A stretch of 64,000 nt of DNA, taken from assembly GCA_051362555.1 (NCBI GenBank), contig CM120647.1, forward strand, positions 11,446,651 through 11,510,650, written 5' to 3'. Position 1 is the first letter of the stretch. Each line of letters starts with the position of its first letter. Shown piece after piece: positions 23,770 through 37,682 of this stretch. This DNA comes from Lingula anatina. Lineage: Eukaryota; Animalia; Brachiopoda. Position numbers and translations under genes: made by a program. Below the pieces are notes generated by a model. It was given only the letters and a program-made list of their open reading frames with translations, had not been told where the DNA came from and searched no databases.

Positions 23770-25432
23770 GAAACTTTCTGTGTAAATTCTTACAGTGTTA
23801 CGAGATAAGGTAAGCAATTAGAACCAAATTGTCTTTTTTCTGTTTCAACATCCTATCAGCTAATCTCAGATAATGTTGACAGTTGAAATGAATTAGATCA
23901 TGCTGGTAAATATACACAGTGTCTTGGCGGAGAGGAAAGTAAAGTGTTTTGTACTTGTACTTTGGTCGTGTAGGTACCACAATAAGTCTGTCTGAGTGAC
24001 GCCTAACCGCAGTTCTGTTTAGACAGAACTATTTTGATTCGAACGTTGGTCTAAACTTGTACCCGAATGACTGGTGCTCAGCTTCGGATCCGTTCAGACC
24101 GAACTGTCTGGGACCGAAAATTGAGCCAAAATGCGCTAAGAGAAGCACCTGAGTATCGGCAAGGGGAGTTTCACCCGAGGAGGAGTGCGCTGTAATTTTT
24201 AGGTCTTCGATTTATACCAGTTCGATTTGATAAAAATATATATATCATACAACTTTGTATTATTTTTTGTGTAATATTTGCATGCGTACTTTGTATAACT
24301 GTGTACACGTTTATCCTATCTGAATAGTAAATTTACTAAGTCGCAGACTGTATTTTTAGATGATTCAAATGAAAAATATGTCAACAGTCGAAAAAGGACA
24401 AGAAATCGTTTAAAAGCAACACATTCATCAAACGCAGTACAGGTTCCTTTGATAAAAAGGTTTATTTTAGCAAGCAGTGTTCGTTTAACTTCTATGTTCT
24501 TAAAGGAATATACCGTGAAAACATTTCTTACGGTACGTTCACCCTTGCATTGATTGGTATATGATCAGTTCAACAAGTCCGTTGTTATATCCAGTACTGT
24601 TTTGTTCAGAAAAACCCATGTCAAAATGAAAATGATTATATCATTACAAGGGGAATAAGATATCTTGAAAAGAAACATGAGACATATCTACGAATAAAAG
24701 GGCTACAAACTTAATCTGACAAGAAAGGCGCCAAAATGATAAATAGACAAAATTATTAAACACTGTCTGGAGGGGATATTTTTCACGCTCAGAGCTCCAT
24801 AAGGAGTTGCGCTAAGAGCTCCGTTAGGAATCTCATTGTTACGTGATCGCTAGTAATGTGCATTCTACGATATCTTTACTGTAGAATACGTTGTTAGTGT
24901 TCAAATATTTTCAGATGTTTCATAACAATCTTTATTCACCATGTTTCCGTCAATTCGCAAGTGATCCATGACCAAAAGTTGTTTAAATGGAGGTCAGCCG
25001 AGTGCAAGCCACTTTTTGTTGGAGTTGCCTGGCTCTCTGTGCACTTTGCTTCGTCTGAAAGGATGTTGTTTTGGGGGTTGTTTTGCGATACCTTAGCTGC
25101 ATCACAATGTTGGTTATTTTACGGGAAAACATTTATGGGGAGGTCAAGTGGAAACAGTGACGTCATTAATGACAATTTTTATGGACTTAGGATTAATTTA
25201 TTGTTTTAATGTCTATTAACTTTTTTTTTCACCAAAAAGTTCAATATATATTTCAGAAATATATAACATTTCCTTGTTCTACCGTCGTGCATAATATAAT
25301 GCGTGCGCAAATGGAGCGGCACGGGAATCCGCAGAATATACAATTGTCAATACAGGTCCAGTTGTATCCGTTACATTGGTTTTGGTTTGAGCAAATCATT
25401 TGAATGGACAGCGAGACGACCGACCGGACGGA

Positions 25433-25443
25433 CACACACACAG

Positions 25444-25474
<31 letters not shown>

Positions 25475-25539
25475 GAAGGCCGAGCGGACGGGGGGTGGGG
25501 GAGGGGGCGGACAGACGGGGGGGGGGGGGGGGGGGGGGG
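25433..25539. repeat. (CA)n microsatellite followed by G-runs and a long poly-G tract
   Basis: Direct reading. Confidence 0.9.
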
Positions 25540-28500
25540 ACAGTTGGTGTGTCGGATTGGAAGCAGCAGTGTGGTCTGCAATAGCTTCTCTAACACACTG
25601 AGCCTAGCGTGAAGAATCGCAGACAGTTATTATCTCCGCGTATACATAGAAAATAACGTTGTTCGTGAAATGTACAGTTATAACATAAACAAAAGAAGGC
25701 GTATAAACAACACCCTAAAAGAGAGGACACAGACCTGACACAACACAAGCCCCAGACGAGGGGCGGGGCAGTGTTCAGATTACAAACGCCGGTGTTTTTC
25801 GGCAGTTTTGCTCTCGATAAGCGAAGATAAAGAACAGAGACAAGAGCTCAGGTCAAATATGTGTACTTGGCAGAAAAACAGACCACATGTTATTGTGACA
25901 ACGAGCTCGTAAACATCATTTTTTCGTCCTATTCAAGCCTTAAGTTCACCATTAATCAAAACTGTTAACACAGACATCTTTTGTCCGCAGACACTGTTGC
26001 AACAGAGTCAAAGCAAAATAGCTGTTTAATCATTTGTGAGGACGTGTTTGTTACTCTTTATGTTAGGCAAGAGAACAAAACAGCGGTTTATTGACTTTTC
26101 AATACCAGCGCGTTCTGTGTTTCACATCGGGGCCCGGGTGAAATTTTGCCATTATCAGTCTGCGTTCAGGGGACAAAGCGTTCGGGCTCTAACACCTGGG
26201 GGAATTGTGGACGCTGTACGCCTCATTGGGGAGGGTGTATCGTGCGGAGAGATCACGGGCATGAACCACATTAGTGGGGTCAAGCTGAGTAGAAATAGAC
26301 TCCACAACAGAAAAGTAAATTTAGATTACCAAATATCGCTGCTGATTAATTAAAGCTACACGTAACAACAGTGACGGGTTTTCCTAGAACCTTCCTCGGG
26401 TAGTTTCCTTCTAATTTGTACTTTTACTTTGCGCTGCACTGTGTTTCTTTAACCTGGGATATTTGCCACAGATAAATGAAGCTAATCAAAAAATCATGTA
26501 AGTTCAATAGCATGCGTTCCTGGTGTTGTATGCGTCAGGTTCAGTCATGCCTTAAAACAAATAAAACTGAGATTAACTTTTCAACCGTCTCACAATCTCG
26601 GCGTGACCGACAATACACATTTATCAACCCGTAAAATGCCATTCCGTTTTTCTCCTGCTTTTTTTCGTGGTGTCAGACCTGTAAAACTGTCAATTTTGAT
26701 GTCACCATTATCGTGCTGACATTCAGGACGCAGATGTGTGTATACTTGCGGGCAGAGGTCGCCTCTGTCGTCATAGGGAGTTCTTGGTGAGTACGGTGAG
26801 GTCATGTCCAAGCTTTCGGGCACTCCTCGGGGAAAAAAACACGCAAATACCACATGTACAATTCTGCCTTTGTAGTTGTTTTAGCAATTGGAAAATGATC
26901 ATAAAAGACTAAACTTGCAGCCCCTTGGCATATTCCCCAAATAAACGTATTCTAACCGTTATTCCTAACGGTGTATCCTTCCAAGTGTTATTTTCTTCGT
27001 CCTTCCCCTAAGAGTATTCGAGGTCGACCCATTCTTTATTGACGCTCACGTCTAAGAAAAGTCGTAAAAGTAGAAAACAAAGTTTGTTGACAAGTAAAAA
27101 TGGCAGAGTGTCGAACAGCTGGGAGTGTCAGGTTATCAGGGAAGTGAACAATGCTATTACGACGAAAAGAACGCAATTCAGACTGTTGTAAACCAGGTAA
27201 GTACAACCGGTGTAAAAATCCCGGTAGTTTGGTCTCAGTTCTTTTTGACTCCGTTCCTGTTATAAGTCGAAGAATGAGAAGGAATCTGGCTGGTATTGTT
27301 GAAATAATACGGGTCAGGTTACAGTTTAATGGGGAAGATACGTGTCGATCATGTTCATGGCGGCTTCGGATCAGAATTCAGTCCTCGTCGCTGCCAGCAT
27401 ATAGCAGGGACAGACAAGTTGATCGTCATCGTGTGAAAGTATTGAACACCCGAATTTCCCCGTTTATTTCTACTGATCACTGACAGACGCGTGATCGTCT
27501 TGACATGACCAAGGTTGTATAAATGACATGGCGTATCACATCCACGTTTTACCAGAGCTCTTCTAGCTGTTATACTTTTTTATGAAAGACGTCTTATTTA
27601 CAATTTTATGAAAGCTTGAAGACCTACATGCATGTGAAATAGTACAATGTACATACCATCTCTCTGAAAGCAGGTACAGAGAAGTTAATAGTCCTCCTAT
27701 GTTGAAAAAATTAAACCATAAAAACGCCCTAGTTTATTTCACCAAATATATAGTATTCGCATACCTTAAGCTATTTAAGTGCCTTCGTGTAGTCGGTGCA
27801 GATCGCCTTCTACCAGGGCCACAGACAGATTTTTAAACCACATATTCAAAGATAATTCTCCTCTATGCACGTACATTTCCTTACTGTGACGGTGAAAGTT
27901 TTAGCAAATTAACCGCGCAGTCAAGCAGCCGGCTCTGGCAGAGAGGAGGGTTATTAGTAGGTGTTCAACGGTCAGAAAGGCTGCGACCGCCGTACGTACT
28001 TGACGTTGTCCAACCATGGTTCCTATGGAGACAGACTGTTAAGACTTTGATTTGGTCATCAAATGACGTCATTAATACCCCAACCAGTCCGCCCAGTGAT
28101 ATGGATAATGGCTGAAGTCTTAATGTTTTTTGGCAGTTACAGTGAGTGATATTTTAGACACAAATCGGTTCACACTTGAGTCTATGTGTTAACACACAAC
28201 GTAATAATATTCAAGCATACACGTGCCTGCATGCACGTACGCACGCTCACACGCGCATAACGCTCATTTTAAGGTATCCACTGAACGTACGCCAAAGGAG
28301 TAATCTTTTTCAAAAAGGTGACTCAATATTTTTAGTGGGAAAAGTCAGGGTAGGGGTACACAACTACACCTAATTAACTCGCCTGGGCGCCATGCAGAGA
28401 AATTGACCAAATATTAGCCATCACCTTGGCAACATTAGCTATAAGTAGGAAAAAGTTCATGACCATTAAATATACGACAACGCAGGTTCACAATTTAGCC

Positions 28501-29206
28501 GCTGACCGCTTCATTAACTGTTAAGGCTGGGTGTATTGAGTACAATAATCGGTCATGCTTGGGTAGTAGCGTCCAGGCGTACCTATTCATTGGTTACAGA
28601 TTTAACTGGTGAAAAAAAGGATAGGATGGCTTCCTGATGACGTCAATGTGGGGTTGAAAGTGTCGTTTTTGATTTAAACGTTTATAAAGTCGTCGTGAAG
28701 TTGAACTTGCCGTTTATGGAATTTTTCTCTCATGACAGACGAGTATTTTAAGTGTCCTCAAATAAATGGAAAAGGTTGAACTCATGGAACTGTCGTGAAG
28801 ATCCATGACTATCAGATTTCACTTTGATGAAACGTATCTTTAAATCGGTGCTGTTAGCCTTATATTCTCTCTCGAAGATGACGTTGGTTGTCAAACTGTC
28901 TACATTATTACAAGATACTTAAACAGCTCAATGGTCTGTAGACGCTTATGGTATTACACTGTAGGACTGGCACATGCTGAGCTGTCATTTTGTACAACAA
29001 GAGAGAGAGAGAGAGAGAGAGAGTTGGGTGGAAGGAAGAGAAAGAGCTGAAAAACGCTGAAATCTAGATATATACACTGTATAGGAAAATCTGATAGGAA
29101 TTATCATCCTGCTTCACAATTACGACTGACAAACATGCGAAACGGTCTTTTGTGACGTAAGATAATGCATTATTATTTTATTCTTGTCAAAGTTAATCCT
29201 GTGAAC

Positions 29207-29440
29207 CTAGCACCCCATTTCCATAGATTTTTAGATCGATCTATCCCTGTGGGGAGTCTCACTTGATTACAATCAGCTTGGCCGGCTTAAGCGTCTGTCC
29301 CGCCTACCAAAAGCTGTAAGGGGGTAATTAACTATGGTGCCCGCTCGGCGGACTGCAATTTAGCGTGAACCCCCAGGGAGTTAGGTCGATCTAAATCTTA
29401 ATCCCTGGATCGATCTAAATCTCTGGGAATACACCCCTAG
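29207..29440. mobile_element. Degenerate MITE
   Basis: TTCCATAGATTTTTAGATCGATC near the left end versus GATCGATCTAAATCTCTGGGAA near the right end (inverted), with CTAG at both boundaries. Confidence 0.45.
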
Positions 29441-32424
29441 GATTCATCGAATACACCAAATTGAAATACATCCCTTTCAAAAAACGGATGATGAAGGACT
29501 AGGGCGCGCTTCTGGAGGCAGGGGAAGGGACGCCTCTTCCAACTTTGGCTTGTTCTAAAAATCCCCATCATAAAAATAGCAACATGATTAATCTTTGTAG
29601 TGCTAAACCATTGTCAGGCAAGACAAACAGGGGGATTGTTTTTGCAACAGTGCCTTGCATCTTTTTCTGTTATCCGAAAATTTATGGCACCAGATACATG
29701 CCATCGACTATGTTTTATACTGAGGAGACGTTTTGGAAAAAAAATAGTCTGATGCTCAGCTCCATAGATATAAATCTTTGTGCCTCGGCACACACACCGG
29801 CCTTGTTTGCCATGTACAGAAACTATCAAAACAGTAGAAAACATTAAACAATTTTTCAAGTCGAGCTAACATGCTGTAGCCTGCAGCCTGTAGATCTTAC
29901 GTGACTCTCATGATGAAGAATTAGGTATGCCAATTCTTTAAAACCACGTACGACATAGACTTCGAACAAATTAAACTGTTTAAAATTATATCAATGCATT
30001 AACATCAAATCTTTTTTGACATCAAATACAATTGCAGGACTGGGTAGAAAATAATGAGTGAATAGGAGAGAATATTGTATGTTTTCGAGAAAAATTATTA
30101 TGGCGGGTAAATCCCGTGTAGAGTGCGCACCTTTAGCCTCTGTGTTTTGAAAGTCTGCGTTTTTCAAGCACAGTCGCTGACTTCACACCATCAAAGGCTT
30201 TGTGTTTTGAGTTGATTTGGGGTGCCGTTATTTGTGGTCGACCTGACCCCTTGAGGTCAGACGGTAACAAAGTTGACCCAGATGTCTACACCCACTGACC
30301 AGGTCCCCGTCACGTGACCAGACCCCTGCCGAAATGTTCGATCCACTTCCCGCTGTCTTTTTCTCAGACGTGTCCAGATCAAGTAGAAATTTTCCCTTGT
30401 GATTGCCTACAGCCGCCAACCGACCTTATGCAGTTTTTGATATTGATAGCAATTATGAACAGAAATCACACGTACCTTGCCGAAAGGTTTTATAATGAAT
30501 TATAAGATTGAATTCCCCCCTCCCCTTCCCTTCTCCTCCCCCCCCCCAGCCCGCCCCCGGTCACTCGGTGTCCAACCTCAATGTGTTTCTTCTTCTCAAG
30601 AAGTATTCTTGCTCTGCTCTACGCTCAATATGTTTTAGGTGCGGCTCATTATACAAAGATGAACCTGTACCTTGCATATCGCACAGATTTTACCTTTTAT
30701 CATGTTAGCCATTATCCTTTGTGCCATATGTGCTTCTACTAATAGATATTAATCAATAATTTTGCTCAAGGGTATAACATCGCCTCCCTAGCCCCCTTCA
30801 CCCCTCGCCCAACCCACCCCGCCCTTTTTTCACCAGCCTCGCGTGCGCTGGATGTTCACGGTTTTATCCCCCCTCCCCCCTGCTCTGAGGGTTTGTCTCA
30901 TGTAAGGCCAAAAACATACCTGACTTGATTTATGTTAAAGAGTAAATCATTGCCCCCCTCTCCCCTCCCCCCCCCCCTCCACTTCATTTTCACCAGCCTC
31001 GCCAGTCGGGACGTTCACCCCGAGTGACCTTACTCATGTGTAACTCCCTGCTCAGCACGGCCTCAATGAGTGATTCCTGCAGGGGTCAACGGGAGCCTTC
31101 TCACGGCACACTGGCAATACAATATCTGTACTATATGCGGCAGCGTAGATAAACAAATTGTGTTTTCTATAAACCCAGCGGAAACTAAATGAACACAGCT
31201 GCTGAGTATGTGTGTCTGTATGTGTCCCTGAACTTGGCCATCGTTCTCGTAACTGAGTGAGTGAAGTGAAGGGAGAGTTCCCACGTTAGCCGACGTTAGG
31301 GCCTTGTTAACGTCAAACCCGAGGGACGTGGTGATTTGGCGAGAGGTGAAAGTGAAAGTAAACCCCCGGAGCTCTTGGTGACGATATCATGATTGATCAA
31401 GATGGGATGATAATGAGGACTGAGGTAGGACCATGTCAAGCCTGCAGTCAGCAATTTTCAAATGGCTGGGGGGGGGGGGGGGGGGGGGGGCGTTGGTCTT
31501 TTCCTGAAAAAGTGCACCATTAACCTCCTTAGTTGTCCCACGTTGAAACATGGCATAAAATCTCGATCAAATTTGCTTGAGACCTGGAAAATTTTTTGGG
31601 ACAAAAGGCGGTTATTTCGAAGCCATCGATCTCGCATGCCCACGGGCCTGAATGCACTGTGAGAATCGTTCTTATGTTTCTTCTAATAAGGTTTTTGGTA
31701 CATGAAACACCCTGTTATTGGATATCTCATACACCCATCCCCCAGCTGTGTATGGGTATGTCGGAGTCGGTGCCTGCCCCCCCTCCTCTTCTTTCGCTCC
31801 CCCCTAACCCACCCCCTCCACCCACCGACCCCCGTATACCTTCTCCAAGCATGTCACTGATCAATGTCATGTAAGGATACTGTAGGTAGAAGTGCCTTTT
31901 TTGGGGGCGAGGGTTAAATAATGACCTCCCCTCTTATTCCTTAATGCTACTTCTCGGACCCCTCATATCGAACAGAGAGCGGAGCAGGGGTGGGAGAACC
32001 CGTTTCCACCCCCCACGCCCCCCCCCCCCCCCCACACACACACACACACACCACCACCACCACCACCGATCTATTCTGCTGCAATCTTCTCCTCGCGGCA
32101 GGTAAGAAGACTTCATGAGCAGACCTTGGGGAATAATACCAGTACTAGTGTCTAGCTTCTTCATGTACGAGGTGCAATCAGTTACCAGATACTCCCGGTT
32201 TCTTCGAGCACTCGAGTCAGGTATTGCCTGCACAATCCAATTTTAATTTATTTATTCTCAGGTTGATATTTGCTGGGCTTTATGGCAACGTAATCATTAT
32301 TAACCGTCAATATCAGACGCGGATCTCTCCTTTACGCAACAACACAAATACCTGTTGTTGACTTCTGCTATCTTCTCACGCCGGTGTGTGTAACGACGTG
32401 GACTGGGGGGCGTATTTTACACAG

Positions 32425-32427
<3 letters not shown>

Positions 32428-32474
<47 letters not shown>
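32428..32474. repeat. (GA)n microsatellite
   Basis: Direct reading. Similar tracts occur at about 12449, 29000 and 37651. Confidence 0.9.
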
Positions 32475-32481
<7 letters not shown>

Positions 32482-35400
32482 AAGAGAGAGATACACATAC
32501 ACCCCTTTATTTGGGAGAGGCGAGTGAGATCTGAATGGCTTCCCCCTTTTTAAAAAATATGTACTCTTTTCTTTTGTATTTTATGAAAACGGACCAAATT
32601 TATCTACATATTTTTTTTTGGTCAAGGCAAAAAAGTAACAGTACAAATTAACCAAGAGAAATGTATTTATAACGGGTCGAAAGGAGGGAACATCCTCGAA
32701 AAAAAAATGCAAATATCTCAATTGAAACACAACGGAAATTCTTTCCCTTCCTTTCGCCGAAACTATTTAAATGACCGCTCATCTATTGAATACCAGTGAT
32801 TTGTGTCAGACATTGATTAATTACCGCTTATTTTTATCCCAAAGTTGTTTACCATTTGCCAGCATGCCTTGACATAGTCTCGTTTTAAGATCGCACACAT
32901 TCCATCAGTGGAACAGTCGTAGTAGTCACAACGAGACCCATTATTGGAATGGTACCTCGCAGCAGTAAATCTTTAATTTCTCAGAGAACATTTTCAAGCG
33001 AACTAGATGTTTTATCAATTGGCCAAGCACACTGAAATAATAGTATTGGTAAGCGGCAACGTATGGCGGGGCTGCTTTAAGACATGTCGAGACCTAGTTC
33101 TAGTTGTGAAGCAGAGTGCAGATAACTCAAAGCAGATAGCAGAACCGGGTGCAGGCAAACTTCGTGGATGTTAACTGGAGACAGATATTTCAACGAGGGC
33201 AGTCATAATATATATAAGACACTAGTACATCAGAGGCAAACATGGATTTATTAAGAACAGTGCGTAAAGTGAAGTTAATGTATTGGTCGCAGAAGTCGCA
33301 GCTATAAGTCTAGGGGTTATACATGTAGCACAGACGCCGAGCTCAAGCATAAAACGTATATAGAACTGACGAGTAACAGACATTAAGTGAAGGATATAAT
33401 TACGCTGCGGACTTGGATTTTTTTTACTCCGATACGTCGAACCAGTCATGAAGTGTGTGTACACGCACCTGGGAGGCGGTATACAGGTAAAAATACGTTG
33501 TCTTCTGCACGTAGACAGCAGCAGCGTTCAGACATAATTGCTATCGTGAAGACGGTCTCTCATGCGACAAACAGAGGTTGAAAGACAGACTAACGGTTTG
33601 AACGGACAGATTCTCCTTTTATAATCGAACTGGTTTGGGGTTGGGGTTTGGGGGGTGGTGGCTAAGAAATCGCACCTGTTCGTTCTCAACTCTTTTCATA
33701 AATACATCTTACGCTAGGGATAGAAATTGTAGTGATCTGTTACAATATGTGCTTGGGGGGGGGGGAGGACTGTGAAGTTAGGTCTGCATAAAAAGCATAT
33801 TACTGGCCTGTTATATTATAAAAATATGGGGTGTATTTAAATGCATGTGTTAAATAAATAGAAAGCGAATTAATGATAAAAAATTATAGAATCCTCGTAG
33901 ACGAGCACCAATAGCGTTAGTTAATAAAGGGCAAGATTGTACCGGTGTACCCGAGACTATTGGGATATTTTCCTAGTTAGTGACCAAATAGGTCGGTGAA
34001 ATGGCAGATCAGTCAAACTGTTCAAACATAGCGCACATATTAAAAGTAAAGCAAGCAGATGCGTTTATTTTTTGATAAGATCAAAGGTGACCGCAACCCC
34101 GCAAAGTGCGTGCGCACCAGACGATAAGCGCTGTGAAAAGATGTTTTCGCAAACTTTTTCCCCCAGTTTACTTTCTGGCCGTGTGAAAACATTTTGTTAT
34201 TGAAGCAGTCTCCGCCGTATGTTGCATTGTGTCGGTTTTAATTCTTCAGCTCTTTGGGAATATTTATGATAGTCAAACTTAAACGGTAATTTGATACCGA
34301 GGTTGTTAACTATGTCTCATTTTCTTTGCCTTCAAAATCGCTTCCTTGTATTCAGCATGCTTGGTCTTTTAATGTGTTGTATATTAAGAACGCTGATTAA
34401 AACCCCAGGTTTTCATTTAACCGACGTGCTTAAAAAAAAAAACCCGACAAACTCTCATCGCGAAAAGTGAGTATGAAAGCAAGGGACGCAGCTGTTTTTC
34501 TCACGTTCACGACCTTTGACCCCCAGATGGGAAGAATCAACAAGTAAGATCAAAGGGATCGGATTCCACGTTTTTTTCTATGGTTCACGTCCCGTCGCAC
34601 AATCAGTGACAGAAATTGCACCGTTAAAGGTTGACGGATACAAAGGAAAAGTTTTGTTCCTTTAACATCCCCCGCTATAGGTCTCGGGATGTGTTAAATT
34701 GAATCTTTGGGGTCACTACCTCTTTTTATCACTGTTTTTTGTTACAATGATGGTTTTGTTGAATTATGTGGCATCTCGACGTTTTCTTGCGTCTACCAAT
34801 ACGCATGCGCAGGGACTCGGCGACAAAAAGAAAAAAAAAAAACTCTCTCTCTCTCTCGCTCACGTGCGTTCCCTCTGTGCGTGTGTTCTTATTGTTGTTT
34901 GATGTCAACCTAACCCCTAACTCCGCCCGAACACTAATAATATTATTTACAGCTGTCCCCAAAAGGATGTCCAATATTATTGAAATAATTTTCAGAATAT
35001 CATTACATTTTTGATCAATAATTTGAAGAATCGCGAGTAATCTGACACGGAACAAAACTTGCGCTGGAAACGTTAGCGGAAATCGATGGTGTGCCTGATC
35101 TATGCGCAACGTCAAAGAGCCGACGCCGTTTTTTGTTTGACCAAAAATTTATCAGGGTTTACGCTGCGTTGATTACTCGTCGATTAATTTAATTGGTACG
35201 ATAAAATTGAATTCCAAGTCTTGAGGTGCGGGATAGTGCATTTCGGGATCGGTAGGGCTTACAAATATGTCAAGATAATAAAAATGTACAACATACAAAT
35301 TCGGAGAGGTTTTTGATAAGGTAGATGTTTATGTGAATTATAATGCCCCCAAAACTCTTGATGCTAGATGGATATATCTTTAATTTGACTACCCGAGTCC

Positions 35401-36820
35401 GTTAGATTTGACTCAATGATGGCTTTTGTTGAAACCAAATAAATACATCACAGCAAGGTCTTGATGGTAACTTCAGTGACGTCTCTAGTGCGGCAGATAT
35501 TTGTCTTGAGTGAAGGCATCAATACTTCACATTCAATGACTTCAGGGTTCTCCAAGGATATGTCTTGACTCGACTGTCGTCAACTGGCGCCAAGGAGTGT
35601 TACATTTTCTGGAGAAAACTTCCTTCTTTGAGTGTTTTTTCAACAGCCTGATTCTCAGTAATACAACCAAATACCCGCCTATTCTCCAAGGTTTGCGACG
35701 CGCACAGCGTTCACTATGACAGACGGCTGTTAACTCGATTATAATTTTACAGCAATATTAAACTATCCGAATACGCATGGCGCAACAGTTAATGACGGCC
35801 ACATGCACTTTTATAAACCTTACTGATGAAGTGTTTTAGTCATACTTATTAATACAACCGAGTCAACAAACCTCTAATGCCGCCTCTCGTAGAAAAAGGT
35901 CAATGCACGAATATCGGCGAACTGATCTGTACGTGTTGTTATTAAACTGCCATAGACGGAATGCTTGGGTTCGATCAGTTTCTTAATTAAGGCGGGGATT
36001 AAATCAACATAAGTAGAGTTGTTTTTTTCATTTATTTTTACAATAATATACTATTTGTTTAATTTGGGTACGCCATTCATGCAAAATGATGTCTGTGTGT
36101 ATGTATCGAGTGCGTTTCTTTTGGTGGTAGGGCTAATTATGAAGAGAATGTTCTTGGTTTTCATTCTAAAGATCGAAGATGTTTTGTTAAGTGTTTTCGA
36201 GCAGGATGAAAGGCAGTGGCGCGTTTCCCCCCCCGGCATTAAGTGCATGTTGATGATCATCAATGTAACTGTCAACTTTTCAACTTGTCAGGTGTCATTC
36301 TTCGGTTTGTGACTTTATAAGCGTCTGTTTGGCCGGTGTCACTTTGTTCTGTTATGTCACGTATGCATATCCAGCATCCAGGTGGCCGCTAGAACCATTT
36401 TCCGTCTTAAAAATGACCTGGGTTTATAACCCGAAGGTTGTGACATTTATTGCTAGCACTAACTGCACTGGTTTTAAAGGAAAAAAAGAGAGAGGAGAGT
36501 AACCGGCTGGAAAAAAAAAATGAAATAATACGTATTTCAATCAATACAAAAAAAATGAGTTGAATATCCATGTTAAACCTTTCATCCTGTGCCGTATTGG
36601 CCCCAAAGACTGCATTGCGCTAAGTGACGTTTACAGTGCACATTTTGGGGCTATATTTCAACCAATAGGGCATGTGCGTATATTCACTGCGGCTTTCAAA
36701 GAAGAAGAAGAAAAAAGCCGACAGAAATACGTGTGTGACCTTAGATACACTGACTGCTAAATTAGGTGGAACATAGTGGAATTAAGTTGAACCACGCAAA
36801 CGCTTTTTGTGTCATTTCAG

Positions 36821-36914
36821 ATCCGAGGGCGCGCAGACGACAGGCCGACAATTCCTCTGAAATGTGGAAACTCGTGGTCGCAGCGGAAAATGTCGAAGAG
36901 TGACGTTAAATTAG
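36821..36914 (+). other. Candidate internal non-coding (5' UTR) exon of the 42691 gene
   Basis: TTTTTGTGTCATTTCAG acceptor, a GC-richer body, and a TAG|GTGAGA donor. Confidence 0.45.
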
Positions 36915-37648
36915 GTGAGAAAAAATTTTTAACAATTTGAAGTCCTATAATTTTTCTGTGAACTCGAAAATATAACGAAAAAGGGAGCGATGTAAACGTA
37001 AGAAATTTCTTTCGATATGCATACTTGGTTGGAAGACTCTTTTATTAATTATTATATTAGCGAATTGATGTATTGTATCGAATGCAATACATCCCTACGT
37101 ACTGCAATTAAGACAAAAAACCTTAAATTTCTTTTGTAATTTAGAATGTGAGAACTGACATATTTTTTCAAAGAAATTGCCGGTATTATTTGATGAACCC
37201 GTCGAATAGCCGTAAAACTTACGTCATCTTCCAACAGAAAAACAACACTAAAAATACAATTGACATCGGCTGACGTCCTAACACGACCTTCGAACAGAAA
37301 TAATTATTATCGACTAAATGTGGAATCTTGTAGGTTTACAGAGAGACGTGTCGAGAACTCGGAGGAATACGTGTTTCTATTTCCAGAGATATTTTTGTTT
37401 GCACAATAGCCGTATGGAAATATTGCCTCTCTTTCCTCGTTGTTTAGTCTTTTAAGTATACACTAGGGAAGCGGTGTCCTTATGCGCGAAGGTTCTCTGC
37501 GTAAAAGGACGCTTGATTGTACTCAATCAAGGCAAAAAAATAAAACAAAGAGCAAATGGGAAACATACGGAAATTATTTTGATGAAGAAAATAATGCAGG
37601 ATAAACACAAAAGTTCCGTATGACGGAAAGCGAAGACCGAAGACCGAA

Positions 37649-37682
<34 letters not shown>

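Noticed and set aside
25253-25612. Several overlapping ORFs rich in HT, CV or G repeats
   Set aside because: They are artefacts of (CA)n and poly-G tracts that lack stop codons.
26590-26853. 87-aa minus-strand ORF (MTSPYSPRTPYDDRGDL...)
   Set aside because: It has no recognisable homology and no linked exons. The plus strand has exon-like splice signals here instead.
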